In this document: piece by piece, positions 38,430 to 52,700 of the stretch
Layout: every line of letters starts with the position of its first letter
How positions within the stretch are numbered: the first letter of the stretch is position 1
Assembly: GCA_950097015.1 (NCBI GenBank)
Contig: CATNEN010000038.1
Span: 14,260,001-14,324,000 of the forward strand
DNA length: 64,000 nucleotides
Direction of reading: 5' to 3'
DNA from: Macrostomum hystrix
Taxonomy: Eukaryota > Animalia > Platyhelminthes
Position numbers and translations under genes: made by a program
The notes under the pieces: model-generated
Seen by the model: the letters and a program-made list of their open reading frames with translations, nothing else
The model's database searches: none
Told to the model about the DNA's origin: nothing

Positions 38430-39586
38430 GGTAACAGGACAATTCGGTAACAGACAATTCAGTAACAGACAGTTCGGTAACACCACAGGACAGTTCGGTA
38501 ACACCACAGGACAGTTCGGTAGCATATCAAGGGGCAGTTCGATAACAATTGATTAAACTGGATCGGAAGGGTTTTTTGCAAAAATTTTTTATATTTAGTT
38601 TGGTAAAGTTACAAAGTAAAGTCAATAGCACTTCGAACCATATTTAGCTTTTCGAAATATGAGTATGAGGTTGCATTTTGCATGTTACATATTTCACATT
38701 TGGGCGTCAAAAAAAAAATAAAACGTTAAAACTAAAAACTAAAACTGAAACTTGCGAGTCAAGCAACAAGTCAAGCGTCAAGTCAAAGAAAAACATGTTA
38801 CTTAGCGACAATGTACCGTGCTGTGGCCCGCAAAATTTACTCCAGCTGGCTGATGCCACTGCCACAAGTGCGGTGTTGCCAGCAGTGACACTCATCGCAT
38901 TGTAGACCTTGTTGTAGGCCTAGCCTACGTACGTCGTTGAAACAAACGACGCAGGCCACGTGGTTCATGGTTCAACAATGTTACAATGTTTCTGATTCAT
39001 GTTGACTGTTGAGGTATTTAATTGTGCTTTGTGACTGTCTACACTGTACTTCCCAACACTGTACTTGCCAATGCACATTACATTCTTGCACATTAGTCAT
39101 ATTTTAGCCCCATGTTCACCGTGCGGCTGTCCCCACAACCCTATTTTGCTCACCCTCTGCCATCTCGCATATAATACAATTCTTGTATATTGATATCAAT
39201 GCTACAATAAATCGTATTTCAGCAGCCAATTAGCCCACTTAAGGCCCATTCATACAGTCATCAAGTGAGGCCAAATTTTGTGTGATCACACAATTTGCAC
39301 TAATTTTTCATCCCTTTGTACATCCCTTTGAACGAGCCTTTACCCTACTTGCACACTCTAAATCACGTGTCAGTTTCAGATACATCAGTAACATCAGTCA
39401 GTTGTGTCCTAGCACGATAGTAGATACATTGTTAGAACAAACCTAGATAGATTTTATTGACTTTCAATTGTTACCGAACTGTCCCCGGTGTGTTACCGAA
39501 CTGTCTCCTGTATGTTACCGAACTGTCCTTGAGTGTTACCGAACTGTCTGTTACTGAACTGTCTGTTACCAAACTGTCCTGTATTC
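38430..39586. mobile_element. Non-autonomous TIR DNA transposon with 8-bp TSD (Merlin- or Mutator/foldback-like)
   Basis: TIRs of about 123 bp (38430-38552 and 39464-39586) built from GACAGTTCGGTAACA sub-repeats. Perfect flanking direct repeat TGCCAAAT at 38422-38429 and 39587-39594. Confidence 0.88.
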
Positions 39587-39939
39587 TGCCAAATAGGGCC
39601 ATAGTCTAGTCCTCTAGACTTGATTATGACATTTATGGTAGAAAATACCAGTATGTATAGCCTGGGGCTTGAGTGCATCCTATGCATCTGTGTATATTCC
39701 AAGGGTTAGTGGTTGGTATGCACCTTGTATAACTAATGACCCACATGCCATAGCAATTTCCTAGTTTTGCACATTTATTTTCTGTTTGAAATTGCATTTT
39801 TATGTGCCACCTAGTCGTGCTAAAGTGATATGGCATGATATATAGTCTGGGGGAGGGAATAAGGGTCTGGGGGTGATAAAAACAAAAGTGAGGGTGAAGG
39901 GCCCCAGAGTTGATGTCAAGATTGACAAGCTATACTTTC

Positions 39940-40214
39940 TTCACCAAAAGTACCATCAGTAAGCCTACCACCTCTGTCAGTAGGTTCAGCTGCCTAACCA
40001 CGTGGCTGGCAATCACAGGATCAGCTTTGTTGATCTGAACCACTGGGACATTCACACAAACACAATTAAGGGGACATTGGTGTATATCAAGGCCCGTTTG
40101 CATGTAATGCATAGCACATCTATATCTCTGCACGTCGAGGGCTTTCTATGGCTGTTCCACAACCACACATTCAGCAACTTTCTGTATTGGGTGCAACACT
40201 ACTATAGCATTTAA
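39940..40214 (+). pseudogene. Decayed Merlin/IS1595(ISXO2)-like transposase C-terminal fragment
   Basis: AYHL..*..NHVAGNHRISFVDLNHWDIHTNTIKGTLVYIKARLHVMHSTS...EGFLW...FSNFLYWVQHYY resembles the Merlin motif AY..L....H..VNH...FVDP.TG.HTNTIEG.W...K......G......EF.WR. It carries a stop and the catalytic E position reads K. Confidence 0.65.
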
Positions 40215-41306
40215 TACCACTTAATACTGTTTAAGAAACATGTTTAAGAATACCACTTAATACTGACATTATAAACTTTTATCTAATGTTTAACTACTGG
40301 TTCTTAACTTGTTCTGTTGCCCATTTGTGCTGTGCCATGTAAATGCGCGATTTCAAACAGAAAATAATAAAACATGCAAAAAATAGGAAATTGCCTATGC
40401 CACATGTATTTGAAAATAAAAAATAAAAAGAAGTGAACTATTGACACCCAATAGTCATGAACAGTTGTAGAATATAATAGGCCTAACAAGCAACTATATA
40501 AAACCTTAAAAAACTAACATCTTCTTTGTAAAATGTTTTGGATTTGTATGACTTATATGACTTGTATATAAACTATTCTATAAGCAATTGTAACCTAATT
40601 GACTTTGTAAATTGTACATAAAAGAAAAAATTGTCAAATTTTTAGAACTTTTGTTGCTGTTTGTTTAGTTAAAAATGCAAAATCATTGTGCTTTAAATTA
40701 AAAAATGTTAAAAAATTTAGTTGCTTTGCATAATGATGTTTCTGTATCGTAGTATGCACAGGATGTGTAATTTGAAAAATAATTTACTATTTAAAATAAT
40801 ATTTCCCCTATTCTTTCTGGTATGCACCCAGATATGATCTAGTCTATAGGGCAATGAGATGAGACTGCAGTGAATGTTGGTGTGTTAAAGTAAGATTGTC
40901 ACAGTTCTCCTTTCTGACATAACACATTAGCTAAATACAGTCATACTTTACTTTGTATTTTTGCACCTGTGAGTGATTTCAGGTTGCAGGCTAAGGTTGC
41001 TATATAGCTAGAAGTTCCACTTGCTGAAGGCAAGTAGCTTCTGGATAGAGATGCCTCTATTCAGAAGGCAACAAGCATTCTTAATTACTTTCCTTGTGAT
41101 GATGAGGATCTATTTTGAGTTAAAAATTATTTTCTTCATTAATCAAAACTTGATATGATAGGTTTTTATTAATACTTTTTCTTATCTATCTCACATTACT
41201 TTTTTCAATAAATTATGTAATTCCTTAACTGGTGTGAGTAATTAGTTAACAATGTTTTTGTCTCTACAACTCTTTAGGGATTCACACCAGAATTACATAG
41301 TCAAAA

Positions 41307-41658
41307 ATGGTTTTATTACAGCGTCGCTACATTGATCGCAGTCGACGTTCGCCCTCGCCATCGTCTAGTAACAACGGCAAGGCCAGTGGTGCAGAGAATG
41401 ATGACAACTATGTACCCTATGTTCCCGTGAGAGAGCGTCGAAAGCTCCAGCTCGAAGCCTTGTCGCTACGACTTCACGGCCTTGGCGGCGGCAGCGGCGC
41501 TGGCAGCTCCGGCCCAGGCAGCTCGGGCGCGGTCAGCGATGCCAACGACAGCGACGCGCCAAGAGAGGATTCGCCGGCGCCCAATCTCACAGAGGGGAAA
41601 CGCCAGGAGGGCGTCACGCTACTGGAGATGCAGCGAGATCTCAAACGGAAGGCCGACG
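41307..41658 (+). CDS. DDX41: DEAD-box RNA helicase DDX41/abstrakt, exon 1
   Basis: DDNYVPYVPVRERRK and TLLEMQRDLKRKA match the DDX41 N-terminus. Donor G|GTGAGT, phase 1. Confidence 0.9.
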
Positions 41659-41663
41659 GTGAG

Positions 41664-43175
41664 TATGGGATCCACCTGAGCTGTTAATTCCCTTCCCCTG
41701 ATTATGGGATCGGCTTCCCATCCACCTGAGCTGTTGATTCCCTTCCCCTGATTATGGGATCGGCTTCCCATCCACCTGAGCTGTTGATTACCTTCCCCTG
41801 GTTATGGGATCGGCTTCCCATCCACCTGAGCTGTTGATTCCCTTCCCCTGATTATGGGATCGGCTTCCCATCCACCTGAGCTGTTGATTCCCTTCCCCTG
41901 GTTATGGGATCGGCTTCCCATCCACCTGAGCTGTTAATTCCCTTCCCCTGATTATGGGATCGGCTTCCCATCCACCTGAGCTGTTAATTCCTTTCCCCTT
42001 ATTATGGGATCGGCTTCCCATCCACCTGAGCTGTTGATTCCCTTCCCCTGATTATGGGATCGGCTTCCCATCCACCTGAGCTGTTGATTCCCTTCCCCTG
42101 ATTATGGGATCGGCTTCCCATCCACCTGAGCTGTTGATTCCCTTCCCCTGATTATGGGATCGGCTTCCCATCCACCTGAGCTGTTGATTCCCTTCCCCTG
42201 ATTATGGGATCGGCTTCCCATCCACCTGAGCTGTTGATTCCCTTCCCCTGATTATGGGATCGGCTTCCCATCCACCTGAGCTGTTGATTCCCTTCCCCTG
42301 ATTATGGGATCGGCTTCCCATCCACCTGAGCTGTTGATTCCCTTCCCCTGATTATGGGATCGGCTTCCCATCCACCTGAGCTGTTGATTCCCTTCCCCTG
42401 ATTATGGGATCGGCTTCCCATCCACCTGAGCTGTTGATTCCCTTCCCCTGATTATGGGATCGGCTTCCCATCCACCTGAGCTGTTGATTCCCTTCCCCTG
42501 ATTATGGGATCGGCTTCCCATCCACCTGAGCTGTTGATTCCCTTCCCCTGATTATGGGATCGGCTTCCCATCCACCTGAGCTGTTGATTCCCTTCCCCTG
42601 ATTATGGGATCGGCTTCCCATCCACCTGAGCTCTTGATTCCCTTCCCCTGATTATGGGATCGGCTTCCCATCCACCTGAGCTGTTGATTACCTTCCCCTG
42701 GTTATGGGATCGGCTTCCCATCCACCTGAGCTGTTGATTCCCTTCCCCTGATTATGGGATCGGCTTCCCATCCACCTGAGCTGTTGATTCCCTTCCCCTG
42801 ATTATGGGATCGGCTTCCCATCCACCTGAGCTGTTGATTCCCTTCCCTGGTTATGAGATCGGCTTCCCGTCCACCTGAGCTCTTGATTCCCTTTCCCTGA
42901 TTATGATATCTATTTCCAATCTACCTGAGCTGTTGATTCCCTTCCCTGATTATGGGATCGGCTTCCCATCCACCTGAGCTGTTGATTACCTTCCCCTGAT
43001 TATGGGATCGGCTTCCCATCCACCTGAGCTGTTGATTCCCTTCCCCTGATTATGGGATCGGCTTCCCATCCACCTGAGCTGTTGATTCCCTTCCCTGATT
43101 ATGGGATCGGCTTCCCATCCACCTGAGCTGTTGATTCCCTTTCCCTGAGTATGATATCTATTTCCCATCTACCTG
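41664..43175. repeat. 50-bp intronic minisatellite ATTATGGGATCGGCTTCCCATCCACCTGAGCTGTTGATTCCCTTCCCCTG, ~30 copies
   Basis: Fills DDX41 intron 1 from the donor onward. Confidence 0.98.
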
Positions 43176-43233
43176 TATGCTGATATTCTGTTCCTTGAAG
43201 ATTAACAACAAATGCCAATTCCAAAATCTTCAG

Positions 43234-43369
43234 AGGTGAAAGAGTCTGAGCACACAAAAAAGCTGAAAGAGGAAGCCGTGATTTTGGAGTTCCTGTCTGA
43301 TAAGACCGCCCTGAAGGGTGTCGCCGAATTGGCCAAAGGCATTCAGTACAGCACCGCGCTGCAGACCGG
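43234..43369 (+). CDS. DDX41: DDX41 exon 2
   Basis: Acceptor CTTCAG|. Encodes EVKESEHTKKLKEEAVILEFLSDKTALKGVAELAKGIQYSTALQT. Donor GG|GTGAGT, phase 2. Absent from the ORF track. Confidence 0.9.
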
Positions 43370-43472
43370 GTGAGTTGGCAATAGCTTTTGTTCGAAATTT
43401 ATTGTGAAGAACAGAAACGCTACTGATCACTAGTAGTAGTATATACAAAAATGTTAAAATTGCGTTTTTCAG

Positions 43473-43590
43473 CTGGCGCCCACCGCGTCACATAGCCAAC
43501 AGGCCGCCAATAGAGTCCCGAGAGATCTTAGAAAGGTTTAAAATTTTGGTCGATGGTTCGAATCCACCGCCTCCGATTACAACATTTGAG
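43473..43590 (+). CDS. DDX41: DDX41 exon 3
   Basis: Acceptor TTTTTCAG|. Encodes GWRPPRHI...FKILVDGSNPPPPITTFE. Donor GAG|GTGAGA. Confidence 0.9.
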
Positions 43591-43764
43591 GTGAGACCCG
43601 TGTTCGCTGAATTTAGATTTCTTTACTGCCTATGAATTGATTTTGAAATCCTTTTATGGTATCAAGTACCACCGCTAGCTTAGAAATAACTTTCTTTTTG
43701 TAGATACGAGTATTTTAAAGATTGATTATAACTTTTACAAAGTTGACCCAACTAACCCAACCGC

Positions 43765-44899
<1,135 letters not shown>

Positions 44900-44954
44900 T
44901 AGTTAGGCCGGATTTTCAACAGGTTACACAGTCGTAGCTATTACGTGTACACGT

Positions 44955-46003
44955 ATCCGTAGCCGATCCTTAGCCTATTCATAGCCAACCTTTAGCCTAT
45001 TCGTAGCCCATCCGTAGCCTATCTATATAACCGTACTGCAGCTTAATTGTAGCCTATCCGTAGCCGTAGCTTAATTGTAGCCTATCTGTAGCCGTGGCTT
45101 AATTGTAGCCTATCCGTAGACGTAGCTTAATTGTAGCCTATCCGTAGCCGTGCTTAACTGTAGCCTATCGATAGCCGTAGCTTAACTGTAGCCTATCCAT
45201 AGCCGTAGCTTAACTGTAGCCTATCCATAGCCGTAGCTTAACTGTAGCCTATCGATAGCCGTAGCTTAACTGTAGCCTATCCATAGCCGTAGCTTAACTG
45301 TAGCCTATCCTTAGCCGTAGCTTAACTGTAGCCAATCCGTAGCCGTGCTTAACTGTAGCCTATCCGTAGCCGTGCTTAACTGTAGCCTATCCGTAGCCGT
45401 GCTTAACTGTAGCCTATCCGTAGCCGTAGCTTAGCTTTAGCCTATCCGTAGCCGTGCTTAACTGTAGCCTATCCGTAGCCGTGCTTAACTGTAGCCTAGC
45501 CGTAGCTTAGCTGTAGCCTATCCATAGCCGTAGCTTAGCTGTAGCCTATCCATAGCCGTAGCTTAACTGTAGCCTATCCATAGCCGTAGCTTAACTGTAG
45601 CCTATCCGTAGCCGTAGCTTAACTGTAGCCTATCCGTAGCCGTGCTTAACTGTAGCCTATCCGTAGCCGTGCTTAACTGTAGCCTATCCATAGCCGTAGT
45701 TATTTGTAGCCTATCTGTAGCCGTACTGCAGCCTATCCGTAGCCGTGGCTTAATTGTAGCCTACCCGTAGCCTATCCGTAGCCGTAGCTTAACTGTAGCC
45801 TATCCGTAGCTGTAACTTAACTGTAGCCTACCCGTAGCCGTGCTTAACTGTAGCCTTTCCGTAGCCGTAGCTTAACTGTAGCCTATCCGTAGCCGTAGCT
45901 TAACTGTAGCCTATCCATAGCGTAGCTTAACTGTAGCTTATCCGTAGCCGTGCTTAACTTTAGCCCATCCGTAGATTTAGCTTAATTGTAGCCTATTCGT
46001 AGC
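44955..46003. repeat. 27-28-bp intronic minisatellite TAGCCTATCCGTAGCCGTAGCTTAACTG
   Basis: DDX41 intron 4; units are built from TAGC subunits. Confidence 0.94.
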
Positions 46004-46085
46004 TGCAGGTTATACGTAGTCTCGCCGCATCATAAATTGTGTCTGTTGAAGCATCAAATGGAAGACAGACTGCAAACTTTCCTAA

Positions 46086-46778
<693 letters not shown>

Positions 46779-46794
46779 TGAAATTTCTGTCTAC

Positions 46795-49700
46795 AGAACC
46801 CTGAATCTTTTAAACTGAATTAAACTGAACCCTGAAGCTTCTAAACCCACTCACAGAACCCTGAGGCTTCTAAACCCACTCACAGAACCCTGAGGCTTCT
46901 AAACCCATTCACAGAACCCTGAAGCTTCTAAACCCACTCACAGAACCCTGAAGCTTCTAAACCCACTCACTGAACCCTGAAGCTTCTAAACCCACTCACA
47001 GAACCCTGAAGCTTCTAAACCCATTCACTGAACCATGAAAAATCTAAATCCACTCATTCAACCCTGAAGCTTCTAAATCCACTCACTGAACCCTGAAGCA
47101 TCTAAATCCACTCACTGAACCCTGAAGCTTCTAAACCCACTCACTGAACCCTGAAGCTTCTAAACCCACTCACAGAACCCTGAAGCTTCTAAACCCATTC
47201 ACTGAACCATGAAAAATCTAAATCCACTCATTCAACCCTGAAGCTTCTAAATCCACTCACTGAACCCTGAAGCATCTAAATCCACTCACTGAACCCTGAA
47301 GCTTCTAAACCCACTCACAGAACCCTGAAGCTTCTAAACCCATTCACTGAACCATGAAAAATCTAAATCCACTCATTCAACCCTGAAGCTTCTAAATCCA
47401 CTCACTGAACCCTGAAGCATCTAAATCCACTCACTGAACCCTGAAGCTTCTAAACCCACTCACTGAACCCTGAAGCTTCTAAACCCACTCACAGAACCCT
47501 GAAGCTTCTAAACCCATTCACTGAACCATGAAAAATCTAAATCCACTCATTCAACCCTGAAGCTTCTGAATCCACCCACTGAACCCTGAAGCATCTAAAT
47601 CCACTCACTGAACCCTGAAGCTTCTAAACCCACTCACAGAACCCTGAAGCTTCTAAATCCACTCACTGAACACTGAAGCATCTAAACCCACTCACTGAAC
47701 CCTGAAAAATCTAAACCTACTCACTGAACCCTGAAGCTTCTGAATCGACTCACTGAACCCTGAAGCTTCTGAATCGACTCACTGAACCCTGAAGCTTCTA
47801 AATCGACTCACTGAACCCTGAAGCATCTAAATCCACTCACTGAACCCTGAAGCTTCTGAATCCACTCACTGAACCCTGAAGCTTCTAAATCCACTCACTG
47901 AACCCTGAAGCTTCTAAATCCACTCACTGAACCCTGAAGCTTCTAAATCCACTCACTGAACCCTGAAGCTTCTAAATCCACTCACTGAACCCTGAAGCTT
48001 CTAAATCCACTCACTGAACCCTGAAGCATCTAAACCCATTCACTGAACCATGAAAAATCTAAATCCACTCATTCAACCCTGAAGCTTCTAAATCCACTCA
48101 CTGAACCCTGAAGCATCTAAATCCACTCACTGAACCCTGAAGCTTCTAAACCCACTCACAGAACCCTGAAGCTTCTAAACCCATTCACTGAACCATGAAA
48201 AATCTAAATCCACTCATTCAACCCTGAAGCTTCTAAACCCACTCACTGAACCCTGAAGCTTCTAAACCCACTCACTGAACCCTGAAGCTTCTAAATCCAC
48301 TCACTGAACCCTGAAGCTTCTAAACCCACTCACTGAACCCTGAAGCATCTAAACCCACTCACTGAACCCTGAAGCTTCTAAATCCACTCACTGAACCCTG
48401 AAGCTTCTGAATCCACTCACTGAACCCTGAAGCTTCTGAATCCACTCACTGAACCCTGTAGCTTCTAAACCCACTCACTGAACCCTGAAGCATCTAAACC
48501 CACTCACTGAACCCTGAAGCTTCTGAATCCACTCACTGAACCCTGAAGCTTCTAAATCCACTCACTGAACCCTGAAGCTTCTAAATCCACTCACTGAACC
48601 CTGAAGCTTCTGAATCCACTCACTGAACCCTGTAGCTTCTAAACCCACTCACTGAACCCTGAAGCATCTAAAACCCACTCACTGAACCCTGAAGCTTCTG
48701 AATCCACTCACTGAACCCTGAAGCATCTAAACCCACTCACTGAACCCTGAAGCTTCTGAATCCACTCACTGAACCCTGAAGCATCTAAATCCACTCACTG
48801 AACCCTGAAGCTTCTGAATCCACCCACTGAACCCTGAAGCTTCTGAATCCACTCACTGAACCCTGAAGCATCTAAACCCACTCACTGAACCCTGAAGCTT
48901 CTGAATCCACTCACTGAACCCTGAAGCATCTAAATCCACTCACTGAACCCTGAAGCTTCTGAATCCACTCACTGAACCCTGAAGCATCTAAATCCACTCA
49001 CTGAACCCTGAAGCTTCTGAATCCACTCACTGAACCCTGAAGCTTCTGAATCCACTCACTGAACCCTGAAGCTTCTGAATCGACTCACTGAACCCTGAAG
49101 CTTCTGAATCCACCCACTGAACCCTGAAGCTTCTAAATCCACTCACTGAACCCTGTAGCTTCTAAACCCACTCACTGAACCCTGAAGCTTCTGAATCCAC
49201 TCACTGAACCCTGTAGCTTCTAAACCCACTCACTGAACCCTGAAGCTTCTGAATCCACTCACTGAACCCTGTAGCTTCTAAACCCACTCACTGAACCCTG
49301 AAGCTTCTGAACCCACCCACTGAACCCTGAAGCTTCTGAATCCACTCACTGAACCCTGAAGCTTCTGAACCCACCCACTGAACCCTGAAGCTTCTGAATC
49401 GACTCACTGAACCCTGAAGCTTCTGAATCCACCCACTGAACCCTGAAGCTTCTAAATCCACTCACTGAACCCTGTAGCTTCTAAACCCACTCACTGAACC
49501 CTGAAGCTTCTGAATCCACTCACTGAACCCTGTAGCTTCTAAACCCACTCACTGAACCCTGAAGCTTCTGAATCCACTCACTGAACCCTGTAGCTTCTAA
49601 ACCCACTCACTGAACCCTGAAGCTTCTGAATCCACCCACTGAACCCTGAAGCTTCTGAATCCACTCACTGAACCCTGAAGCTTCTGAACCCACCCACTGA

Positions 49701-52700
49701 ACCCTGAAGCTTCTGAACCCACCCACTGAACCCTGAAGCTTCTGAATCCACCCACTGAACCCTGAAGCTTCTGAATCCACCCACTGAACCCTGAAGCTTC
49801 TGAATCCACCCACTGAACCCTGAAGCTTCTGAATCCACCCACTGAACCCTGAAGCTTCTAAATCCACTCACTGAACCCTGAAGCATCTAAATCCACTCAC
49901 TGAACCCTGAAAAATCTAAACCCACTCACTGAACCCTGAAGCTTCTGAATCCACCCACTGAACCCTGAAGCTTCTGAATCCACCCACTGAACCCTGAAGC
50001 TTCTGAATCCACCCACTGAACCCTGAAGCTTCTGAATCCACCCACTGAACCCTGAAGCTTCTAAATCCACTCACTGAACCCTGAAGCTTCTGAATCCACC
50101 CACTGAACCCTGAAGCTTCTGAATCCACCCACTGAACCCTGAAGCTTCTAAATCCACTCACTGAACCCTGAAGCATCTAAATCCACTCACTGAACCCTGA
50201 AAAATCTAAACCCACTCACTGAACCCTGAAGCTTCTGAATCCACCCACTGAACCCTGAAGCTTCTGAATCCACCCACTGAACCCTGAAGCTTCTGAATCC
50301 ACCCACTGAACCCTGAAGCTTCTAAATCCACTCACTGAACCCTGTAGCTTCTAAACCCACTCACTGAACCCTGAAGCTTCTGAATCCACTCACTGAACCC
50401 TGTAGCTTCTAAACCCACTCACTGAACCCTGAAGCTTCTGAATCCACTCACTGAACCCTGTAGCTTCTAAACCCACTCACTGAACCCTGAAGCTTCTGAA
50501 CCCACCCACTGAACCCTGAAGCTTCTGAATCCACTCACTGAACCCTGAAGCTTCTGAACCCACCCACTGAACCCTGAAGCTTCTGAACCCACCCACTGAA
50601 CCCTGAAGCTTCTGAATCCACCCACTGAACCCTGAAGCTTCTGAATCCACCCACTGAACCCTGAAGCTTCTGAATCCACCCACTGAACCCTGAAGCTTCT
50701 GAATCCACCCACTGAACCCTGAAGCTTCTAAATCCACTCACTGAACCCTGAAGCATCTAAATCCACTCACTGAACCCTGAAAAATCTAAACCCACACACT
50801 GAACCCTGAAGCTTCTGAATCCACCCACTGAACCCTGAAGCTTCTGAATCCACCCACTGAACCCTGAAGCTTCTGAATCCACCCACTGAACCCTGAAGCT
50901 TCTGAATCCACCCACTGAACCCTGAAGCTTCTAAATCCACTCACTGAACCCTGAAGCTTCTGAATCCACCCACTGAACCCTGAAGCTTCTGAATCCACCC
51001 ACTGAACCCTGAAGCTTCTAAATCCACTCACTGAACCCTGAAGCATCTAAATCCACTCACTGAACCCTGAAGCATCTAAATCCACTCACTGAACCCTGAA
51101 GCTTCTGAATCCACTCACTGAACCCTGTAGCTTCTAAACCCACTCACTGAACCCTGAAGCTTCTGAATCCACTCACTGAACCCTGTAGCTTCTAAACCCA
51201 CTCACTGAACCCTGAAGCTTCTGAACCCACCCACTGAACCCTGAAGCTTCTGAATCCACTCACTGAACCCTGAAGCTTCTGAACCCACCCACTGAACCCT
51301 GAAGCTTCTGAATCGACTCACTGAACCCTGAAGCTTCTGAATCCACCCACTGAACCCTGAAGCTTCTAAATCCACTCACTGAACCCTGTAGCTTCTAAAC
51401 CCACTCACTGAACCCTGAAGCTTCTGAATCCACTCACTGAACCCTGTAGCTTCTAAACCCACTCACTGAACCCTGAAGCTTCTGAATCCACCCACTGAAC
51501 CCTGAAGCTTCTGAATCCACCCACTGAACCCTGAAGCTTCTGAATCCACCCACTGAACCCTGAAGCTTCTGAATCCACTCACTGAACCCTGAAGCTTCTA
51601 AATCCACTCACTGAACCCTGAAGCTTCTGAATCCACCCACTGAACCCTGAAGCTTCTGAATCCACCCACTGAACCCTGAAGCTTCTAAATCCACTCACTG
51701 AACCCTGAAGCATCTAAATCCACTCACTGAACCCTGAAAAATCTAAACCCACTCACTGAACCCTGAAGCTTCTGAACCCACCCACTGAACCCTGAAGCTT
51801 CTGAATCCACTCACTGAACCCTGAAGCTTCTGAACCCACCCACTGAACCCTGAAGCTTCTGAATCGACTCACTGAACCCTGAAGCTTCTGAATCCACCCA
51901 CTGAACCCTGAAGCTTCTAAATCCACTCACTGAACCCTGTAGCTTCTAAACCCACTCACTGAACCCTGAAGCTTCTGAATCCACTCACTGAACCCTGTAG
52001 CTTCTAAACCCACTCACTGAACCCTGAAGCTTCTGAATCCACCCACTGAACCCTGAAGCTTCTGAATCCACCCACTGAACCCTGAAGCTTCTGAATCCAC
52101 CCACTGAACCCTGAAGCTTCTGAATCCACTCACTGAACCCTGAAGCTTCTGAATCCACCCACTGAACCCTGAAGCTTCTGAATCCACCCACTGAACCCTG
52201 AAGCTTCTAAATCCACTCACTGAACCCTGTAGCTTCTAAACCCACTCACTGAACCCTGAAGCTTCTGAATCCACTCACTGAACCCTGTAGCTTCTAAACC
52301 CACTCACTGAACCCTGAAGCTTCTGAATCCACTCACTGAACCCTGTAGCTTCTAAACCCACTCACTGAACCCTGAAGCTTCTGAACCCACCCACTGAACC
52401 CTGAAGCTTCTGAATCCACTCACTGAACCCTGAAGCATCTAAACCCACTCACTGAACCCTGAAGCTTCTGAATCCACTCACTGAACCCTGAAGCATCTAA
52501 ATCCACTCACTGAACCCTGAAGCTTCTGAATCCACTCACTGAACCCTGAAGCATCTAAATCCACTCACTGAACCCTGAAGCTTCTGAATCCACTCACTGA
52601 ACCCTGAAGCTTCTGAATCCACTCACTGAACCCTGAAGCTTCTGAATCGACTCACTGAACCCTGAAGCTTCTGAATCCACCCACTGAACCCTGAAGCTTC

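Noticed and set aside
41260-41280. Acceptor-like CTCTTTAG shortly upstream of the DDX41 ATG as a trans-splice site
   Set aside because: Cannot be distinguished from an ordinary 5'UTR cis-acceptor or a chance match without transcript data.
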